64,000 nucleotides of DNA from a bacterium (GTDB lineage Bacteria > UBA8248). Shown piece after piece: positions 10,614 through 19,944 of the stretch. The translations under genes and the position numbers were made by a program. The notes below the pieces were generated by a model. The model did not search any database and was not told where the DNA came from. It was given only the letters and a program-made list of their open reading frames with translations. Each line of letters opens with the position of its first letter. The first letter of the stretch is position 1. The DNA lies in contig OZ241326.1 in assembly GCA_965199855.1 (NCBI GenBank), positions 1,280,001 through 1,344,000 on the forward strand. Direction: 5' to 3'.

Positions 10614-11491
10614 GGGAGGGGCTTCGCTTCACCCGCGCGAGGTGGGCCGCCGCGCCCCCGTTGAGATGCCGCGGGCGAACGCTCGATTTCGCGCGCGCGC
10701 GCGTCATGGGCGTCCTGAACGCCACGCCGGACAGCTTCTCCGACGGCGGGGCGTTTCTGGACACCGCGGCCGCGCTCGAGCGAATCGCGCGAATGACGGA
10801 GGAGGGCGCCGACGTCATCGACGTAGGCGGCGAGAGCACCCGGCCCGGAGCGAACCCGGTGGACGAGGCGGAGGAGCTCGCGCGCGTCATGCCGATTCTC
10901 GAGCGGATGAACATGGAGAAGGGCCCCCTCGTCTCGATCGATACCTCGAAGCCCGGCGTGGCGCGCGAGGCGCTCGGGGCGGGCGTCCACATCGTGAACG
11001 ACGTGAGGGGCCTCGCCGACCCCGCAATGCGCGAGGCGGTCGCGGAGGCCGGCGCGGCGGCGATCGTCATGCACATGAAGGGCGAGCCGCGCGTCATGCA
11101 GGAGCGCCCCGCGTACGGCGACCTCATGCGCGAGGTGTCGGCCCTGCTCCGCGCGAGGGCGCGCGAGGCCGAGCGGGCGGGCGTCGCCTCCGTCCTGATC
11201 GACCCGGGCGTCGGCTTCGGCAAGTCGCGGGAGCACAACCTGGAGCTGCTGAGGCGGCTGCCGGCGCTGAGGCGGCTGGGGCGTCCGGTGGTCGTCGGCG
11301 TTTCGAGAAAGGCGTTCATCGGCGCGGCCACGGGGGTCGAGGCGGCGGGAGAGCGGCTCATCGGCTCGAAAGTCGCCGAGGCGTTCGCCGTGATCGGCGG
11401 CGCGGACATGATTCGCACCCACGACGCGCGCGCGGCCGTCGAGGCGGCGCGCATGGGCGAGGCCATCGCCCGGGGGAGGATCGCCCCTTGA
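10610..11491 (+). CDS. folP: Dihydropteroate synthase
   Basis: MGVLNATPDSFSDGG, DVGGESTRPGA, SIDTSK, DPGVGFGK, GVSRKAFIG, IRTHD. Confidence 0.96.
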   Translation: MREGLRFTRARWAAAPPLRCRGRTLDFARARVMGVLNATPDSFSDGGAFLDTAAALERIARMTEEGADVIDVGGESTRPGANPVDEAEELARVMPILERMNMEKGPLVSIDTSKPGVAREALGAGVHIVNDVRGLADPAMREAVAEAGAAAIVMHMKGEPRVMQERPAYGDLMREVSALLRARAREAERAGVASVLIDPGVGFGKSREHNLELLRRLPALRRLGRPVVVGVSRKAFIGAATGVEAAGERLIGSKVAEAFAVIGGADMIRTHDARAAVEAARMGEAIARGRIAP

Positions 11492-11528
11492 GGGCGCCCC
11501 GTCCATTCCGCAGGAACGAAGCGAGGCG

Positions 11529-12411
11529 GTGATGCTCGAATACGTTTTCGAATTCTGGTGGATGCTGCCCATCGCGTTCTGCGTGTGCCTCGCGGCGACG
11601 AGCACGAGCGTGGAGGGCGCGGTTTTCTTCGCGCCGATATTCATTCTCCTCTTCCCCTGGGCGGCGGGGGTGCGCATCGCTCCCCTGGAGGCCGTGTTTC
11701 TCGCGCTCTCCATCGAGATTTTCGGCTTCGGCAGCGCGCTCACCGGCTACGCGCGAAGAAGGCTGGTGGACTACGGCATCGCGAAGAAGGCGCTCGCCGT
11801 GTCCATCCCCACCGGCATGGCGTTCGGCTTTCTGGCGCATTCGACGCCCGCCGACGTCATCCTGGGGCTGCTGGGCGCGATGATGGCGCTTTTGGCCTGC
11901 GCCATGCTCTACGCCTTCTTCCGGGGGGGGAGTCCATGAGGCGGAGCGGGAGGAGGCGGGCGCGCCCACGCGGGTCGACGCCATGGGCAGAAGATACTGG
12001 TATCGCTACGAGCACGGGCGCTTCGGCTTCGGCTGGTCGGCGCTGGGCGGCGTCCTCGTGGGCTTCACGGGCATCGGCATCGGCGAGCTCGCGACGACGG
12101 CGCTCGTCGTGAAGCACAGGATGCCCGTTCGCGTGGCGGTGGGGACGGGGATTCTCATCGTCTTCGCGACGGTGCTGCCCGCCACCCTCGTGCACGCCTG
12201 GGTGTTCTCCTCGGGCGAGGTGAGCGTCCACTGGAACATCCTGTTCATGACGATCCCGGCGGTCGCCTGCGGCGGCCAGATATCGCCGTTCATCAACAAC
12301 CGCGTTGACGGCGAGAAGATGAAGGCGTTTCTCTCCCTCGTCTTCTTCGTCGTGGGCGCCCTGCTTCTGTGGCGCGCCTTCGGCGGCCAGGCGCCGGCGT
12401 CCGTTGGCTGA
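11529..12411 (+). pseudogene. TSUP (TauE/SafE sulfite-exporter family) membrane protein split by a frameshift in a G8 run (11923-11930)
   Basis: Two hydrophobic halves (VEGAVFFAP...; GFTGIGIGE...AVGTGI) in different frames; removing one G joins them. Confidence 0.75.
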
Positions 12412-13399
12412 GGACGAAGCCCCCATCGTCGTCGTGGGCCCCGGCGCCGTGGGCTCCATGCTCGCGGCGCGCCTGCAGGCGGGCCTCCCCGGGCGGAGCG
12501 TGCACCTGGCGGGCCCGGCGCGCCCGCGCCCCGGGACGGCCGCGCACCTTGCCGCCGTCGGGGAAAGCGGCGTCGTCATTCACGGCGAGGCGGCGCCCCC
12601 GGCGCGTCCCCTGGTTCGCCGGGGCGCGATGAGCGCGGCGGCGTCCCATCTTTTCTTCACCGTGAAGGCGGCGCGGCTGGCGGAGGCGGCGGCGGAATTC
12701 TCCGGCATGGCGGGTCGGGAAACCGTCACGGCCGTTTTCTCGAACGGCCTGGACGTCTGCGGGAGCCTCCCCGCCTCGTTGCGGGCGCGCGGCGTTGTCC
12801 GGGGCCTCGTCAACGCGGGCGCCGAAATCGCGGGGCCGGGCCGCGTGAGGCAGTTCGGCGCGCTGGACCTGACGCTCGCCCCGGCGCCGGGGGGCGCGGA
12901 GGAGGCGGACTTCGCCCGCGTGAGGCGGCTGGCCGGGCTTTTCGAGGCCGCGGGAATCCGCGTTCGCCGGAAGCGCGACGGGAAAGAGGCGGAGTGGCGA
13001 AAGGCGGCGGCCAACGCGATCATCAACCCCCTGGGGGCGGCGCTCGGGCTCAGAAACGGCGCGCTGCTGGACGCCCCCTCCTCCGCGCTCGTGGAGACGC
13101 TGGCGAGGGAGCTGCAGGCGCTCGTCGACGCCGAAGGGATGGCGCTCGCCGTCCTGGAGATCGTCCGCGAGACCGCGCGGGCCACGGCGGGCAACAGAAA
13201 CTCCATGTGGCAGGACTTGCGCGAGCGCCGCCGGACGGAGATTCGGGAGATTACAGGCCGCTTTCTCGAGCGCGCGGAGGCGCGGGGCGTTTCGATGCCC
13301 GCCCACGAATCCCTCTATCGCCGGATGCTGGCGCTCGAGCAAGACGCCCTGCGCCGGGGAGGCGGCGCGCGTCTTGACATCGGCGGACGGAAGCCGTAA
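12404..13399 (+). CDS. panE: Ketopantoate reductase
   Basis: GPGAVG Rossmann motif, FTVKA, NGL, WRKAAANAIINPL, NSMWQDL...TEI. Confidence 0.85.
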   Translation: MAEDEAPIVVVGPGAVGSMLAARLQAGLPGRSVHLAGPARPRPGTAAHLAAVGESGVVIHGEAAPPARPLVRRGAMSAAASHLFFTVKAARLAEAAAEFSGMAGRETVTAVFSNGLDVCGSLPASLRARGVVRGLVNAGAEIAGPGRVRQFGALDLTLAPAPGGAEEADFARVRRLAGLFEAAGIRVRRKRDGKEAEWRKAAANAIINPLGAALGLRNGALLDAPSSALVETLARELQALVDAEGMALAVLEIVRETARATAGNRNSMWQDLRERRRTEIREITGRFLERAEARGVSMPAHESLYRRMLALEQDALRRGGGARLDIGGRKP

Positions 13400-13402
13400 T
13401 TT
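13374..13402 (+). promoter_or_regulatory. Putative sigma-70 promoter for panB
   Basis: TTGACA-17 bp-TAATTT. Confidence 0.55.
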
Positions 13403-13505
13403 TCACGCCTCGCGCCGGGAGCCGCCGCGCCCCGGACGCGGACGGAAAAAAACTGGAAGCCGGAACCGGCCCCCGCTGCAGGCGTTCACCCAAGAGGGAG
13501 CGACC

Positions 13506-14378
13506 ATGAGCCTGAAAAGCCTCGACAAGCCCCACGCGAACGGCAAACCCCCCGTCAACGGAAGCGCCGCGGAGAAGAAGACGCGCGGGAAGGTCACCGC
13601 CGCCGTCATCCGCGCGCGCAAGGGGGGGCGGAAGATCACCTCCGTCACCGCGTACGACTGCCCCACGGCGAAGCTCGCGGACGACGCGGGCGTGGACGTC
13701 ATCCTGGTCGGCGACAGCCTGGGGATGGTGGTTCTGGGCTATCCCGACACGACGAAAGTGACGCTCGACGACATGGTTCATCACGCGCGCGCGGCGAGCC
13801 GCGCGAACCCGAAGGCGCTGCTCGTGGCCGACCTGCCGTTTCTGAGCTTCGGGGTCAGCGCGCGCGACACCATCCTGAACGCCGGCCGCCTCGTTCAGGA
13901 GGGATGCGCCGAGGCGGTGAAGCTCGAGGGCGGCGTTCGCGTGAAGGAGGAGATACGCGCCTTGGTGGACGCCCAGATTCCCGTGATGGGGCACGTGGGC
14001 CTCACGCCCCAGAGCGTCCACGCCTTCGGCGGCTTCAAGGTGCAGGGAAAGACCGACGCGGGCGCCGAGCAGGTGCTGCGCGACGCGGCGGCGGTGCAGG
14101 AGGGCGGCGCGTTCTCCATCGTGCTCGAAGGCGTCCCCGCCGCCCTGGGAGAGCGCGTGACGCGCGAGATCGACATTCCCACCATCGGCATCGGCGCGGG
14201 CCCCGGCTGCGACGGCCAGGTGCTCGTGACCCACGACATGCTCGGCCTGTTCCGCGACTTCACGCCGAAGTTCGTCAGGGTTTATGCCGACGTCGGCGGG
14301 GCGGCCATCGAGGCGATAGAGCGCTACTGCCGGGAGGTGCGCGAGGGCGCGTTTCCGGGCGAGGAGCACTGCTTCTGA
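13506..14378 (+). CDS. panB: 3-methyl-2-oxobutanoate hydroxymethyltransferase
   Basis: TAYD, LVGDSLGM, VKLEGG, GHVGLTPQ, IGIGAG..CDGQVLV.HDMLG. Confidence 0.97.
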   Translation: MSLKSLDKPHANGKPPVNGSAAEKKTRGKVTAAVIRARKGGRKITSVTAYDCPTAKLADDAGVDVILVGDSLGMVVLGYPDTTKVTLDDMVHHARAASRANPKALLVADLPFLSFGVSARDTILNAGRLVQEGCAEAVKLEGGVRVKEEIRALVDAQIPVMGHVGLTPQSVHAFGGFKVQGKTDAGAEQVLRDAAAVQEGGAFSIVLEGVPAALGERVTREIDIPTIGIGAGPGCDGQVLVTHDMLGLFRDFTPKFVRVYADVGGAAIEAIERYCREVREGAFPGEEHCF

Positions 14379-14735
14379 TCTGCCCCCGCGCCTCCCTTCG
14401 GGGAAAAGGCCGCGGGCGAGGACGCTTGGCTTTGGGCGAATCTTCCCTGTCCGGGCGCGGATGAAGGGAAAATCGCAGGGGACATCGCGCCCGTTCTTCT
14501 CTCGCCCCGGTGAATTTTTCTTTTCGACGCCTCCTTCCCGCGCGGTCGCTCTCTGAAGTATCTCCCACCATGCCCCACAAGTTTAATTTTTCATTTTAAC
14601 TTCAATGAATTAATCCTATTTTATTAAAGTAAATCCTGATGTTTTATCCCTGAAAACACTCCTGGAAAATTAAAATAATTTCTATCTTTTATGGCTAGAA
14701 ATTGTTGTTTTTTCTCAGTTTTCTCTATTTTCGTA

Positions 14736-14800
14736 TTGACAGGACTTTTTCGGGGGGATATAAGAATAAAAATCAGTGGGAAATAATGGGGTGAAGTGGG
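14736..14800 (+). promoter_or_regulatory. dcw promoter with MraZ-binding boxes
   Basis: TTGACA(14736)-17 bp-TATAAG(14759); (G/A)TGGG repeats at 14776, 14786, 14796 with 10-bp period; AT-rich upstream tract. Confidence 0.8.
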
Positions 14801-14810
14801 AGGTGTGAAG

Positions 14811-15257
14811 GTGCTCATCAGTTCCCATATCGTCTCCGTGGACGCGAAGGGGCGCGTCAGCGTCCCCGCGCGATTCCGGGAATATCTGAGCGCCGCGTTC
14901 GGCGACCAGATCGTTTTGCTCGGCAAGGACGAGTGCATCTTCGCGTATCCCCTGGAGGAGTGGCGGCGCAGGTTCAGCGAGAAGCTTCAGGGGCTGTCCA
15001 CCTCCCGCAAGGAGGTTCGCCGCTATCTGCGCAGAATCTACGGCCGGGCCCAGCCATGCGAGTTCGACAGGCAGGGGCGCATCCTGCTGCCCGCCAGGCT
15101 GCGCGAGAGCTTCGGCATCAGAGGGGAAGCCGTCATCGCCGGGATTGAGGACAGGCTGGAGATTTGGGACCCGGAGAAATGGGAGAAGGAAATGGGGAGC
15201 GCGGACGATGGAGAAGCCGCCGCTTCCGATGAGGATCTGATCGAATTCGAGTTCTGA
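14811..15257 (+). CDS. mraZ: Division/cell-wall cluster repressor MraZ
   Basis: DAKGRVSVP and DRQGRILLP motifs, EIW; GGAGGT RBS. Confidence 0.93.
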   Translation: MLISSHIVSVDAKGRVSVPARFREYLSAAFGDQIVLLGKDECIFAYPLEEWRRRFSEKLQGLSTSRKEVRRYLRRIYGRAQPCEFDRQGRILLPARLRESFGIRGEAVIAGIEDRLEIWDPEKWEKEMGSADDGEAAASDEDLIEFEF

Positions 15258-15358
15258 TGCGGACGCGAACGGGAGGAGCGCAGGTGCTCGCCGCGCCGGA
15301 AAAGCCCGCTTCACGAAAACGCGCCGCCGCGAACGGCCTTCGCGGCGGAAATGCGGAT

Positions 15359-16279
15359 ATGACGGCGTCTCACGTTCCGGTCATGGTTCAGGAGGTTCTG
15401 CATTTCCTGTCGCCATCTCCGGGCGCCGTGTTCTTGGATACTACCTTGGGCGGAGGGGAACACGGCGAAGCGGTTTTGGACGCGGTTCGGCCATCGGGTG
15501 TGCTGATCGGCTGTGACCGGGACGGAGACGCTGTTGCGCTTTGCAGGAAGCGGCTGGCGAGGCACGGCGCCGCCGCCAGGATTCATCACGCGCACCACCG
15601 CGAAATGAAGCGCATCGCGGCGGAGGAGGGATACGCCTCCGTGGACGGCGTCCTGTTCGACCTCGGGATTTCCTCGATGCAGCTCGACGCGCCCGGCCGC
15701 GGCTTCCGCATGGACGCGCCCGAGCCCCTGGACATGCGCATGGATCAGACGCGGGGCGCGACGGCGGCCGAGCTGCTCGACCGGCTGTCGGAGGAGGAGC
15801 TCGCCGACCTCATCTACAGATACGGGGAGGAGCGCCGCTCCCGCGCCATCGCGCGCGCCATCGGACGGGCGCGCGTGGACGGGGGCGTCGGGCGCTGCGA
15901 CGAACTCGCGGCGCTCGTCGCCTCGGTCGCGGCGAGAGGGAGCGGCCGCGGCGGGCGGCGGCGCATCCACCCCGCCACCCGGACGTTTCAGGCGCTGCGG
16001 ATCGCCGTGAACCGCGAACTGGAGACGCTGGAGGGCTCCCTGCGCGACGCGGTGGACCTTCTGCGCCCGGGGGGGCGCGTCGTCGTCATCAGCTTCCATT
16101 CGCTCGAGGACAGAATCGTCAAGAACCTCTTTCGAGAACTCTCGCGCGCCGAGAGGCCGACCCTCGAAATCCTGACGCGGAAGGTCGTTCGTCCCGGCGA
16201 GGCGGAAGCGCGGAGAAATCCGCGCAGCCGCAGCGCGAAGCTCCGCGCCGCCGAGCGTCTCGCGGGAGGCCGGGGATGA
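15359..16279 (+). CDS. rsmH: 16S rRNA m4C1402 methyltransferase
   Basis: HVPVM, DTTLGGGEH, DLGISSMQLD, PLDMRMD, FQALRIAVNREL, ISFHSLEDR, NPRSRSAKLR. Confidence 0.96.
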   Translation: MTASHVPVMVQEVLHFLSPSPGAVFLDTTLGGGEHGEAVLDAVRPSGVLIGCDRDGDAVALCRKRLARHGAAARIHHAHHREMKRIAAEEGYASVDGVLFDLGISSMQLDAPGRGFRMDAPEPLDMRMDQTRGATAAELLDRLSEEELADLIYRYGEERRSRAIARAIGRARVDGGVGRCDELAALVASVAARGSGRGGRRRIHPATRTFQALRIAVNRELETLEGSLRDAVDLLRPGGRVVVISFHSLEDRIVKNLFRELSRAERPTLEILTRKVVRPGEAEARRNPRSRSAKLRAAERLAGGRG

Positions 16280-16632
16280 AGCGGACGGGGCCGCGGAATT
16301 TCTGGCGGCGGCGCCTCGGCGCGCGCCTTTCCCGAAGGACGCCCGCCGGCCCGGGCGTTTCGTTGCTCAGGGCGGGCCTGTGCATCACCCTGATCGCGTG
16401 CAGCGCGGCCGCGCTGGTGTGGCCGCATCTGGAGACGGTGAAGCTCGGATACGGCCTGGCGCGCCTCGAGCGCCAGAGAGAAAAACTTTTGCAGGAGAGG
16501 CGCGTCCTGCGAATCGAGATCGCCGCGCTCCGCCAGCTGGACGGCATCGAGTCGATCGCGCGGCAGAAGCTGAACATGGTGTTTCCCGAACCCGGGCAGA
16601 TCGTCTATGTAAGAGCCGGGTCAGGGAACTAG
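16276..16632 (+). CDS. ftsL: Cell division protein FtsL
   Basis: Single TM plus coiled coil, IESIARQKLNMVFP; position between rsmH and ftsI. Confidence 0.8.
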   Translation: MKRTGPRNFWRRRLGARLSRRTPAGPGVSLLRAGLCITLIACSAAALVWPHLETVKLGYGLARLERQREKLLQERRVLRIEIAALRQLDGIESIARQKLNMVFPEPGQIVYVRAGSGN

Positions 16633-16678
16633 AGCGCAGCGCCTGACCTTTTCATCGCCGCCCACAGCAGGTTGGCCC

Positions 16679-18439
16679 ATGAAGCAGGGCTTCTCCCGCC
16701 GTCTGATGATTTGCGGCGCCCTGGTCGCGTTCGGATTCTGCCTGCTGGGCGTCCGGCTCTTCATCATCCAGATCCGCGACCGGGCGCGCCTCGTGGCCTA
16801 CGCGGATCGCCAGCTGCGCCGCACCCTGCTCGTGCGGCCCAGGCGCGGCGACGTGGCGGACGCGCGGGGCCGCCTCCTGGCGGTGAGCATCAAGGCGCCC
16901 TCTCTTTTCGCCAACGCGCGGGAGGTCGCCGACCCCCGCGGGGCGTCGAGGGCGCTCGAGAGGATTCTGGGCGGATCGGCGAAGGATTACCTCGAGAAGC
17001 TGAGCAGCCGCCGCCGATACGTGTGGCTCAAGCGCAAGATCAACCCCGATCAGAAAAAAAGAATCGAAAAGCTGGGCCTCGCGGGCCTGGGCTTCGTCAC
17101 CGAGAGCAGGCGGTTCTATCCCAAGCGCGAGCTCGCCTCCTCCCTGGTCGGCTTCGTGGGAGTGGACGACGCGGGCATGTCCGGCGTGGAGCGCGCCTAC
17201 GAGAGCCGCATGGGCGGGCGCGTGGGCCGCATCCGCATCCAGCGCGACGCGAAGGGAAGGTCGGTTCACCCCGAGGCGCGGGTGCTCGTGGCGCCGCGCC
17301 CGGGCGCGGACGTTCGCCTCACCATCGACGCGGTGCTCCAGTATATCGTCGAGAAGGAGCTGGGCGCGCAGCTGCGCCGGGTGGGCGCGCGGCGCGCCAT
17401 CGGGGTGATGGTCGAGCCGCGGAGCGGGCGGATCCTCGCGCTGGCCTCCGTGCCGGGGTTCAACCCCAACACCTACGGGCTTTACGGCGCGTCCCTCTGG
17501 AAGGAGCCCGCCATTCAGGAGTTCTACGAGCCCGGCTCGACGTTCAAAATCGTGACGGCCGCCGCCTATCTGGAGGCGGGCAAGCCGCTCTCCGGGAGGT
17601 ATTTCGCCGAAAACGGCTCCTACCGCACCGGCGTCGGCCGCCACACCCTGCGCGATCACGAAAAATTCGGCTGGCTCACCGCCGAGCAGGTGATCATGAA
17701 GTCCTCGAACATCGGCACCTTCAAGATGGCGCGGGAGCTCGGCAGGCGGCGCCTCTACGACATGGCGCGCCGCTTCGGCTTCGGCGAGAGGACGGGCGTC
17801 GATTTTCCCGGCGAGGCGCGGGGAATCCTCCGCCCGCCGAAGCGGTGGTCGAAAATCTCGCTGGCGTCGATCTCCATCGGCCAGGAGGTGGGCGTCACCC
17901 CGCTTCAGATGGTGATGGCCGCGGCCGCCGTCGCGAACGGCGGGCTGATGCCCCGGCCCGTTCTGCTCGATTCCGTGGAGCGCGGCGGCAGGAGAATTCC
18001 CCTCGCGCGAAAGCCGGAGCCCAGGCGCGTCGTCTCCCGGCGGGTGGCGAAGCGCCTCGCCGCCCTGATGCGGAAGGTGGTGGCCGAGGGCACGGGCGCC
18101 AAGGCCGAGATTCCGGGCTACGGCGCGGCGGGAAAGACGGGCACGGCGCAGAAGTCCCTCCCGGGCCAGCGGGGCTACAGCCGCTCGGCCTTCATCATGT
18201 CGTTCGTGGGGTTCGCCCCCTACGAGAATCCCCGCTTCGCGCTCATCGTCGTCTTCGACGAGGGGCGCGCGCGCGGCGGGGCGTGGGGGGGAACGGTCGC
18301 GGCGCCGGTTTGGCGGCGAATCGCCTGGCGGGCGCTGCGCTACATGCGCGTGCCGCCCGTCGGCGGCCGCGTCCTGCGGGTGGCCGCCGCGCGGCCCGGC
18401 GGTTCGGGCGAGGCGGCCTTGAAGGACGCGGCGCGTTGA
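16679..18439 (+). CDS. ftsI: Class B penicillin-binding protein
   Basis: RGDV.D..G, RFYPK, EPGSTFK (SxxK), SSN, KTGTAQK. Confidence 0.93.
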   Translation: MKQGFSRRLMICGALVAFGFCLLGVRLFIIQIRDRARLVAYADRQLRRTLLVRPRRGDVADARGRLLAVSIKAPSLFANAREVADPRGASRALERILGGSAKDYLEKLSSRRRYVWLKRKINPDQKKRIEKLGLAGLGFVTESRRFYPKRELASSLVGFVGVDDAGMSGVERAYESRMGGRVGRIRIQRDAKGRSVHPEARVLVAPRPGADVRLTIDAVLQYIVEKELGAQLRRVGARRAIGVMVEPRSGRILALASVPGFNPNTYGLYGASLWKEPAIQEFYEPGSTFKIVTAAAYLEAGKPLSGRYFAENGSYRTGVGRHTLRDHEKFGWLTAEQVIMKSSNIGTFKMARELGRRRLYDMARRFGFGERTGVDFPGEARGILRPPKRWSKISLASISIGQEVGVTPLQMVMAAAAVANGGLMPRPVLLDSVERGGRRIPLARKPEPRRVVSRRVAKRLAALMRKVVAEGTGAKAEIPGYGAAGKTGTAQKSLPGQRGYSRSAFIMSFVGFAPYENPRFALIVVFDEGRARGGAWGGTVAAPVWRRIAWRALRYMRVPPVGGRVLRVAAARPGGSGEAALKDAAR

Positions 18440-18453
18440 GCGGGGGAGCGGCG

Positions 18454-19944
18454 GTGAGAGAGAGAGGCGCCTCATTCGGGGAACTGACGCGGGCGATGAC
18501 CGGCGAGCGGGCGGCGGGGGATTTCTCCGCGCGCGTCACCGGCGTGGCCTACGATTCGCGCCTCGTTCGCGCGGGCGACGTGTTCGTCGCGGTGCCGGGC
18601 TTTCAGGCGGACGGCCACGACTTCGCGGCGGACGCGCTCGCCGCGGGCGCCGCCGCCCTCGTCGCGGAGAGAAGGATAGAGGGCGTCTCCCCCGACGCGC
18701 CGCAGTTCGTCGTCCCCTCCTGCCGCGAGGCGCTCTCCCTCATCGGCGACGCGCTCCACGGCCACCCCTCCGGCGAGCTGGCGCTCATCGGCGTCACGGG
18801 GACGAACGGCAAGACGACCACCGCGTTTCTCATCGACTCCGTTCTGCGCGCCTCGGGCAGGCGCTCCGGCCTCATGGGCACCATCCACTACCGCGTGGGC
18901 GAGGAGGCGTTCGAGGAGCCGCGCACCACGCCGGAGGGCCCCGACCTTCAGGGCTATCTGCGCCGCATGGCGGACGCGGGCGCCTCGCACGCCGTGATGG
19001 AGGCATCGAGTCACGGGCTGGCGCTCGGCAGGCTGCTCGGCTGCGAGTTCCGGGCGGCGGCGTTCACGAACCTCACCCAGGATCACCTCGATTTTCACGG
19101 CGGCATGGAGTCCTACTTTCAGGCGAAGCTCCGGCTGTTCCGGGAATTCTCCCCCGCGCACTCCATCGTCAACGCGGATGACGAATACGGGCGGAGAATC
19201 GCCGGGGAGGCGCGGGGGCGCGTCTGGACGTATGCCCTGGAAGGCGGGGCGGACGTGGGCGCGGAGAATCTCTCCGTCTCCTCCTCGGGCATGAATTTCG
19301 ACATGACGACCCCCGCCGGGCGCGCGCGCGTGGAAACCGCGCTCATCGGCCGCCACAACCTGAGCAACGTGCTGGCCGCCTCGGCGGTCTGCCTCTCGCA
19401 GGGGCTGAGCCTCGATGAGGTGGCGGCGGGCGTCGCGGCTCTCGAAAGCGTCCCCGGACGCTTCGAGAAGATAGACCTGGGCCAGCCCTTTCTCGTGGTG
19501 GTGGACTACGCCCACACCGAGGACGCCCTCGCCCGCGCGCTGGAGTTCGCCCGCCCCGTCACGGAGCGGAGAATCCTCACCCTCATGGGATGCGGGGGCG
19601 ACAGGGACAGGAAAAAGCGTCCGCTCATGGCCGCCGCCGCGCTGCGGGGGAGCGACCGCGTGGTGATGACCTCCGACAACCCGCGCACCGAGGATCCGCA
19701 AGCCATCCTGCGGGAGGTGGAATCGGGCGCCGCCCTGGTTCCCGGAAGCGAGGGCCGCTGGAGAACCATCGCGGACAGGCGCGAGGCGATTCGCGCCCTC
19801 GTCGCCGAGGCGCGCGAGGGGGACGCGGTGATCATCGCCGGCAAGGGGCACGAGACCTATCAGATTCTGGGAACCGAGCGCGCGCCGTTCGACGATCGCG
19901 AGGAGGCCCGGGAGGCGCTGCGCCTCGCGGGATACGGCGCGTGA
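18454..19944 (+). CDS. murE: UDP-MurNAc-tripeptide synthetase (meso-DAP type)
   Basis: GVTGTNGKTT, TTPE, MEASSHGL, NLTQDHLDFH, DYAHT, DNPR, AGKGHE. Confidence 0.95.
   Translation: MRERGASFGELTRAMTGERAAGDFSARVTGVAYDSRLVRAGDVFVAVPGFQADGHDFAADALAAGAAALVAERRIEGVSPDAPQFVVPSCREALSLIGDALHGHPSGELALIGVTGTNGKTTTAFLIDSVLRASGRRSGLMGTIHYRVGEEAFEEPRTTPEGPDLQGYLRRMADAGASHAVMEASSHGLALGRLLGCEFRAAAFTNLTQDHLDFHGGMESYFQAKLRLFREFSPAHSIVNADDEYGRRIAGEARGRVWTYALEGGADVGAENLSVSSSGMNFDMTTPAGRARVETALIGRHNLSNVLAASAVCLSQGLSLDEVAAGVAALESVPGRFEKIDLGQPFLVVVDYAHTEDALARALEFARPVTERRILTLMGCGGDRDRKKRPLMAAAALRGSDRVVMTSDNPRTEDPQAILREVESGAALVPGSEGRWRTIADRREAIRALVAEAREGDAVIIAGKGHETYQILGTERAPFDDREEAREALRLAGYGA

Noticed and set aside
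14575-14790. AT-rich tract as a possible replication origin or foreign insert
   Set aside because: No TTATCCACA DnaA-box array seen; explained by the mraZ promoter, UP element and MraZ boxes
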